64,000 nucleotides of DNA, from assembly GCA_964016885.1 (NCBI GenBank), contig OZ024756.1:22134001-22198000 (forward strand), read 5' to 3'. The notes beneath the pieces were generated by a model. The model searched no databases. It was given only the letters and a program-made list of their open reading frames with translations, and was not told where the DNA came from. Each line of letters starts with the position of its first letter. Position 1 is the first letter of the stretch. This DNA comes from Eledone cirrhosa. Lineage: Eukaryota. Both the position numbers and the translations under genes were made by a program. This document shows positions 55,866 through 64,000 of the stretch, piece after piece.

Positions 55866-56267
55866 CCCTGAATACATTATTCAAACATCTGTTGGCAAGT
55901 ACACATCAAATTCAACAACAAGAATGTAGTTTAGGTAATTTCAATATGAAGATTCTGAAACGAATTTGCAGTATTGTAAGATATTAAATGCAGCATTGAC
56001 AGATATTAAATATTGGAAAATATTAAATGTGTCACAAGCTGAAATTGTTGATGAAACTATAGCGTATTCAACCAAATAAACAGCAGAAATATTAAAATTA
56101 TCCAATTAACACTTTGGGTTTATATTTCAGCTAGCATTTGTGTAAGGTAGACTTTGATATAATTTAGATTTGGCTAATATTTTATGGTCGAACGCCTTCG
56201 TTGAGTATCCACTTTTGTTTATCCGTGAATTACTCGCTACTGATCTACTCTTATATATTAGGCTGTA

Positions 56268-56390
56268 TGTTCTGAGTTCAAATCTCGCCGAGGTTAACTT
56301 TGCTTTTCATCCTTACGGGGTCGATAAAATAAAGTACCAATAATACACTGGGGTAATTGCTGGCCTTTATCCAAAATTAGAAACAATTAT
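56268..56390 (+). mobile_element. 5'-truncated SINE
   Basis: Consensus match. Confidence 0.8.
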
Positions 56391-56549
56391 ATATTAGCTT
56401 CATAAAGTTGGATGATCTTCGACGCGTTTGAGAAACATAAATGTAATGTTTCCTCTCTTGCTCTCTCCGATCTTGAATATATATATATAGCCATATAGAA
56501 ATAGCCATCGATGCGGCTTGAGCTCTGCCGTCAGGGTCCTGACTATTTT

Positions 56550-56585
<36 letters not shown>

Positions 56586-58105
56586 AGTTTAGAATTGAAA
56601 TACAAATAGTGTAATCAGGGGACGCATAAACCCAACTGAACGGAAAAAGATGGGTATCAGCACAAATATTTATTCCACAAACAGCTGTGATAATGTTTGG
56701 TAAAGAAACTGAACATCTGAATATTAGTTATTTCCTCCATAAATGTACAAGTTATGAACGAGTTATAATAGCAACAAATTTCTATTAACTTAGTATGTAA
56801 TGTACAAGTACATGCCAACCAAACATGCTCAAGATTTTATTGATTCTATTTCACTCTTAATGGTTGTCAAATCTCAAATTCACTACTCATTACTTAACGC
56901 CAGTTCTTGTTTATTTTTCAGTGAAAGTTTAATGGAAGATAATTGCTTATCAAATTATCTTCGATTTCAGGAAACCTCATGGACACAAATTACTGTTCAA
57001 ATGCATCATGTTTCATTTCTCAATATAATCTGTTTAACGCTGTTTAATAATTTATCTTGCACACCAATCTTAGCAGTGAATGTCAGCCACGATGGTTGTT
57101 TTATGCAGAACTCTACATGCCATGTGTATTATGGCATAAGCTGATAAGTAGTCCACAGGCATTTATATCCTGAAATACAAACATATTCTGCGTGACACTG
57201 AGCTTGGCTTTGCATTTTGAATTACAATATAAATTCATTGGCTATCCCACTTTCTTCTGTAAAGCCTAATTTATTCGTTTTTCCTGATTAGAAAAGAGGG
57301 GACATTAGTCAACATTTTTCCAAAGATATTATCCAAGCGTTGAAATCGCGTTTGTGAAACATCCTTCCTAGCTATTCAGCTATATGAAACGAAACTCATA
57401 CGGGATTTATAGTCAAGAGTTAAAGGAAAATGTGATATTTGTTTTTCTGCATTTAAATTCTGTTTCTAAATATATGGCGAATATCATGATTGAGGACATC
57501 AATAAAGAATATAATGCAGATCTCACTGACATATGTGAATAGATGCAATCAAATGAACATATATTTCTCCTGGATAAAAAAATATAATAAAATTTAAAAC
57601 TTTAAAAGACATGCACAAAACCACACACACAAACATGCACGCCTATATACATGAGAATACATACATTCATAGAAATATATATACACACACACATATATAC
57701 ATTTATGAGCATACATAAATATATAGAAAGATACACGCACACATATATACATATATGAACATACATAAATATATAGAAAGATACACACACACACTCATAT
57801 ATACATATATGAGCATACATACATATATAGAAAGATACATACACACATTATATATATATATATATATTCGTGCAACTAAGCCTGTGTCTCCACGTGTGTT
57901 TGCGAAGCGATGAACAAAAAACTGCGTGTATCTGTTTAAACTGAGATGGAAATATATCTATGCTGTGATTTTCTATCCGATTCGATCCCGAATGGATTTG
58001 AATGTTCATGTAAATCAGGCTAAAAAGAACTCATGATATATATATATGCATACACATGACTATATATTTATTCATATATGTATATATACATAAAAATATA
58101 CACAA

Positions 58106-58150
<45 letters not shown>

Positions 58151-58626
58151 TACACATAAATATATATGTATCCATATATGTATATATATATACATTAAAA
58201 AAATACATAAGTATAATCATATATATATATATATTAAGCATCATTATATTCCTTTCATTCGTATTCCTACAACAAAAACATCAAATTTTTCCTTGAATGT
58301 TGATGTGGTAGTGTAGCGAAGGTAATCCTGTTTGTTCTTTACAAAGGAACTTGTTCGTCAATTATATCGAAAAATAATACAGTATCTTGTGAAATTTCTA
58401 TGTCCTTTTGTTATTTAAAAGATGTTTATAAAAACGTGCACTGCATTAATATGAGTAGAATGGAGAATACTTTATATAGATTTTAATATATGCGTTTTTT
58501 TGCCCGTTCAATTTTTTTGTAACATGTAGATGTATGTGTACTTGCGTGTTGTCAGTTTGGGTTTATTTACATACACATAGCGAAAGTGAGAGAAACACAC
58601 ACGCACACAAACATACACTCATATAT

Positions 58627-58677
<51 letters not shown>

Positions 58678-58678
<1 letters not shown>

Positions 58679-58859
58679 AACCAACTTTTTTAAATGGAAG
58701 TTGAACAATATTTATGGTACGTCAAATTTATTTATAAAACTGCTCATATATTGTATTTTATCTGAAGAAGGCATGCCATATTTCTAATATAGTATCCCTG
58801 AAATATGTATAATGAAATAAATATGGTTTTATGAATATAGTTTCCATTTGTTTAATATC

Positions 58860-58862
<3 letters not shown>
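58678..58862 (+). mobile_element. Family A single-arm copy with HHR (58756-58817)
   Basis: ttttat-CTGAAGA-aggcatgccatatt..-GAAA-tatgta-TA-atgaaa between (TA)n tracts. Confidence 0.78.
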
Positions 58863-58894
<32 letters not shown>

Positions 58895-58919
58895 AGAAAA
58901 GTGACACACACATATATAT

Positions 58920-59098
58920 ATAGAAATGGCTTTTACAGGACAAGAACCGTTTCATCGAAGGAAATCACAGGAAAGCCCTGATGATTTCCTTCGAATAAAA
59001 CAGCTCTAGTCCTGTAGAAGCGATTGGTATATTACATTTTGTATATGCTCTACTAATATATTGAGTACTATATTGTTGTTACTCCGGATTGAAGCTGG
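58920..59098. mobile_element. Family D fold-back copy with near-intact HHR (58975-59021, +)
   Basis: CTGATGA-tttccttcgaat-AAAA(G12A)-cag-ctctagtc-ctg-TA-gaagc; left arm is the inverse copy and retains GAAA. Confidence 0.7.
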
Positions 59099-59108
59099 AA
59101 CTCACACG

Positions 59109-59175
<67 letters not shown>

Positions 59176-59255
59176 CAAAATATTAATAAATGTATACATT
59201 CTCATAATCAAAATATATGTTTTATTAGATATATTTTGGAGGGACTGTGCTGTTT

Positions 59256-59492
59256 TTTAGTAAAAGCGGGAATATTATAGACTTATTTGTCTGTCTGTCT
59301 ACTAAAAAAGTACCATTGAACAACAATTGTATTATAGTCACACTATATATTTCCGTAGGTACTTAGAACCTGTGGGGGTATTAATCTCATTTTATGTATA
59401 TTCTCCCTCTGTGTAAAGAAAATGTTGTATTTGCTCCTATTTTTTTAGTAGCATGACAGACAACAAGTCTATAATATTCCCGCTTTTACTAA
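59256..59492. repeat. ~50-bp inverted repeats with ~130-bp spacer
   Basis: ttagtaaaagcgggaatattatagactt.. against ..aagtctataatattcccgcttttactaa. Confidence 0.7.
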
Positions 59493-59597
59493 CGGCCTGT
59501 TTATGTGTGGGTCACTTTAACGGCCTGACCTCATACATCGGGCAGTAAGCGACATATTTACAAACTGTGCGGCTGTATGCCCTATAGAATGGAAATA

Positions 59598-59676
59598 GCT
59601 GTCTGAAGAGCTGATCTTTCCATTGGAAATTCTCTGAATTTCCAATCTTTTGTGAAGCGAAACCGTCGGTAACATC
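59598..59676 (+). ncRNA. Type I hammerhead ribozyme
   Basis: gctgt-CTGAAGA-gct..attggaaattc-tct-gaatttccaat..agc-GAAA-ccgtcgg-TA-acatc; ~80 nt upstream of a (TA)n tract. Confidence 0.78.
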
Positions 59677-59752
59677 ATTTTGATCAGGAGAATATGTAAA
59701 TCGTATTTTAATTTATTTAAAAGATTGTTTAATGCTTGCTTGTTCCGCTCAT

Positions 59753-59833
<81 letters not shown>

Positions 59834-60431
59834 GAGAGGGGGGGGGGGAGTGACAGAAAGAGAAAGGTAGGGGTATAGAGTCATGTAATATTACACTAAT
59901 GAGATCAATATGTAAAGTATATGGATTATGCAATCTTTTGTTATAGAAGGTACACACTTTCAGTTATTCGTTTCAACCTATTGGTGATGCATCGGACTGG
60001 CTGAACGTTAATGAATAGTATTGTATATATATATATATAGTTTTTTATTCTAATTAGGCTGTGTATATTTGGTGTGTGAGAGAGAGATAGAGGGGGGGGG
60101 GTGGACAGAGAGAGAGAATGAGAGAGAGGAAGAGAGCGAGGCAGAGAGAGAGAGAGACAGAGAACGATAGAGAGCGAGAAAGAGAGATAGACAGAGAGCG
60201 AGAAAGAGAGATAGACAGAGAGAGAAAGAGAGAGAGACAGGGAAATAGACAGAGAGCGAGAGAGAGAGAGAAAGAGACAGAGAAAGAGAAAGAGAGAGAG
60301 AGAGAGAAAAAGAGAGACAGACAGAGAGAAAGAGAGACAGACATAAATACAGACAGACAGACGGACGGACGGACGGACGGGCAGAGAGAGAAAGAAAGAG
60401 AGAGAGAACGGAAGGGAGAGTTTGCCAGTAA

Positions 60432-60504
<73 letters not shown>

Positions 60505-60757
60505 GGGAAAGCTAGAGTTTGCCAGTAAAAGAGAGAGGGAGATGGTAATATTGATCCTATAAATATATTCATATAAATTAGAAGTTTATTCACTTGCTTT
60601 ACGTGTGAAGTTATTCTTCCGTCAGATAAGCAAGAATATGACGCGAAAGTTAATGGTTAAATTGCTTTTGCATATGTCACATTAATTCATAAGTTGACTA
60701 CCTGTCTCATTACAACCTTACCACAATGTTTCTCCCACACATATACTCACCTGCGCG

Positions 60758-60788
<31 letters not shown>

Positions 60789-60835
60789 GATGATCTATCA
60801 TGATTTCTCACGTATGTAACAGTTCTAGTCGTGTA

Positions 60836-60943
<108 letters not shown>

Positions 60944-61344
60944 CATATATACGCCTCCAAAGTTGTGCTTCAAGAAGTGTGTGTATGTAGATGATTCAGA
61001 ATTAGATGAAAATGACTATGAATATATATATAATATATATATATATATGATATATATATATATATAAATATATATATATATAAATATCTACATCTATATA
61101 TATATATAAAAATATATATATCTATATATATATAAAAATAAATATATATATAAATAAATATATATAAATAAATATAAATATATATAAATAAATATATATA
61201 TATAAATATATATATATATAAATTTAAAAAAATATAAATATATAGGAAAATGTTTAACATTTTCCTATTACCTCCTCTACTACCGTAAGTATTGAGTACT
61301 CTGATGCGTTATGGTCCATCTGGTTCCTTACCACACCTTCCTCG

Positions 61345-61407
<63 letters not shown>

Positions 61408-61412
<5 letters not shown>

Positions 61413-61590
61413 GTTTCTACTTTAGGCACAAGGCCAGTAAATTACCCAGTGCATTACTGGTACTTTATTTTATCGACCCCGTAAGGATGAAAGGCAAAGT
61501 CAACCTCGGCGGGATTTGAACTCAGATTGTAAAGGGACGTAACTATGCTGGAAAGCATGGTGTCTGACCCTCTACCGATACTGCCAATCC
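61408..61590 (-). mobile_element. SINE copy
   Basis: Consensus match. Confidence 0.85.
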
Positions 61591-61656
61591 AAATGGAATA
61601 CTGTTGGCTTTTCGCTACAATGTTCTCTATACCTTTCATTTATATATATATATATA

Positions 61657-62098
61657 TACGATATTAAACAAATGGAAACTATATTTATAAAACCATATTT
61701 ATTTCATTATACATATTTCGGGGATACCATATTAAAAATATGGCATGCCTTCTTCAGATAAAATACAATATATAAACATTTTATAAATAATTTTGACGTA
61801 CCATAAATATTGACCAACCGTTATGTAAAAAGCTGGTTTTTACATAACGGTTGGTCAATATTTATGGTACGTCAAAATTATTTATAAAATGTTTATATAT
61901 TGTATTTTATCTGAAGAAGGCATGCCATATTTTTAATATGGTATCCCGAAATATGTATAATGAAATAAATATGGTTTTATAAATATAGTTTCCATTTGTT
62001 TAATATCGTATATCTACTCCAAAACTTGTCAAGTGCTTTATATCAGTTATAAAATATTTACTTGTTGTAACCCAACAATTTTATATAAAACTTTTGCA
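61657..62098. mobile_element. Fold-back family A copy with near-perfect ~170-bp arms, HHR in both arms
   Basis: 61657-62010 is a palindrome centred near 61832. HHR + 61905-61965 and - 61702-61763. Right arm continues to the family terminus ..aaaacttttgca(ta)n. Confidence 0.85.
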
Positions 62099-62099
62099 T

Positions 62100-62445
62100 A
62101 TATATATATATAAATATCTATAAATAAACATCTATAAATAAATATCTATAAATAAATATCTATGTATATATATATATAATTATATATAAATAAATATATA
62201 TAAATAAATATATATAAATAAATATATATAAATAAATATATATAAATAAATATATATAAATAAATATATATAAATAAATATATATAAATAAATATATATA
62301 AATAAATATATATAAATAAATATATATAAATAAATATATATAAATAAATATATATAAATAAATATATATAAATAAATATATATAAATAAATATCTATCTA
62401 TATAAATTAATATATATAAATAAATATCTATTTATAAATAAATAT
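62100..62445. repeat. 14-bp AT minisatellite (taaataaatatata)n
   Basis: Direct inspection. Confidence 0.85.
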
Positions 62446-62446
62446 A

Positions 62447-62591
62447 GCGTTCGGATCTACCTGTTGCAACGGTCGGAGCTCAGCCGTCAGGGCACTGACT
62501 CTTTTCCTATTACCCACTCTACTACCCTAAATATCCAGTACTCTGGTGCGTTATGGTCCACCTGGTTCCTTATCACACTTTTTTTGTGTTA
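62447..62591 (+). mobile_element. Family B copy retaining a degenerate 3' half of an HHR
   Basis: gcaa-cggtcggagctcagccg-TC-aggg; sibling copies read GAAA-tggcttgagctctgccg-TC (23232-23357, -) and GAAA-tgcccggagctcagccg-TC (10824-10846). Confidence 0.6.
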
Positions 62592-62860
62592 TATACAAAT
62601 ATATACATATATATAATGTGTGAATCATAAAATTGTAGGAGTCTGAGCGCGTCCTTAGCTGTGAACATCAGATTTCTATGTGCATAGCAAAATTCGGGTT
62701 AAAATGCAACCACATATTGAGGGGAGAGTGCAAAAGACAATAGAAGATAGAGTGTCCATGAGATGAGAATATAGAGAGAGACAGGGACGAGAGGGGTAGA
62801 AGAGAAAAGGGGGAATGAGATCGATAGAGCAAATCATATATATTCATATATATATTTATC

Positions 62861-62944
<84 letters not shown>

Positions 62945-63092
62945 TATATATATATGAATGCATGTATAGTATATTTGATAATATACTGTATGTTTAATTA
63001 AAAACATTAAATTACAAATATACTATACATACATTCATATATACATCACCATCTGATAGCACCAATATTATATATATATATATATATATATA

Positions 63093-63571
63093 GTTAAAAG
63101 AATAGAGGTGTAACACACAAGTTATTATATATTGGTAAACGGAATAGAAAATGCTGACAAATTGTTCACAGTTGAAAAATGGTTTAATTAGGAATAAAAG
63201 AGTATTAGTGATTGTATGGGTTAGTATTCAGTTGTGGTTTTAAGTTTTTAAGTTTTTACCGGTTGCGCATTTCTAAATGCTTTTCAAAAATAATTTTGAG
63301 ATAGAGTGTCAAAAATAATTTTGAGATAGAGTGTCCGTGCTGTTTGCTCTGATCTGAGCAAACAGCACGGACACTCAGATCAGAGCAAACAACACGGACA
63401 CTCTATCTCAAAATTATTTTTGAAAAGCATTTAGAAATGCGCAACCGGTAAAAACTTAAAAACTTAAAACCACAACTGAATACTAACCCATACAATCACT
63501 AATACTCTTTTATTCCTAATTAAACCATTTTTCAACTGTGAACAATTTGTCAGCATTTTCTATTCCGTTTA

Positions 63572-63578
<7 letters not shown>
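63093..63578. mobile_element. Fold-back mini-element, family E (UUGAAAA-core HHR-like motif)
   Basis: Near-perfect inverted arms 63129-63350 and 63374-63578 between (TA)n tracts; ttt-TTGAAAA-gcatttagaaatgc-GCAA-ccgg-TA-aaa at 63417-63453. Confidence 0.8.
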
Positions 63579-63614
<36 letters not shown>

Positions 63615-63880
63615 ATATACCTCTTACACTTTCAACCAGTGCTGCCTGTAATTGTGTTCTCTCAAGCAAAACATCTTTTTAACTCCTGACTCTCCACATG
63701 ATGCTTTTGACACTAAAAACAATTATGTACCCTGAGTGTTCTGAATAACTAGGACATTCTCTATGCTCCGATGATTCCAGACTTCCATCTGGAAGAAACA
63801 ATGTCAGCAAATAAATGTTCTAAACTAAAATTTGATCGTTTTAACACTTTGTATATATATATATATATGTGTGGGTGTGT

Positions 63881-63934
<54 letters not shown>

Positions 63935-64000
63935 CATGATGAAGTGGATGTAGAAAATGATATTGTATTCAGCTTCGGAAGCCTCTATTACTGTTTATAT

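Overview
Very AT-rich, microsatellite-dense eukaryotic DNA. The SINE repertoire and (TA)n load suggest a coleoid cephalopod, probably Octopus (inference). No host protein-coding gene is supportable; almost all ORF-track entries are translations of (TA)n/(CA)n/(GA)n tracts. The window holds: (i) a young, 5'-truncated Penelope-like element (PLE) at 24280-27083 (-) with an open RT-thumb + GIY-YIG ORF and ~400-bp inverted pLTRs, each carrying a type-I hammerhead ribozyme (HHR); (ii) roughly 30 copies of one tRNA-derived SINE and one CORE-SINE; (iii) three copies of a ~600-bp RTE-derived non-autonomous element; (iv) decayed LINE/RLE/PLE fragments and several minisatellites. The main signal is a population of short (80-550 bp) inserts inside (TA)n tracts. 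Many are fold-back palindromes with 3' ends pointing outward, and they belong to about ten unrelated sequence families that each carry a minimal HHR fold (stem I-CUGANGA-stem II-GAAA-short, often palindromic stem III-UH-stem I). One family has a compensatory U3-A8 core (UUGAAAA). Fold-back turns and 5' truncations cluster in or just upstream of the ribozyme. All folds were read by eye; no database search or folding program was run.
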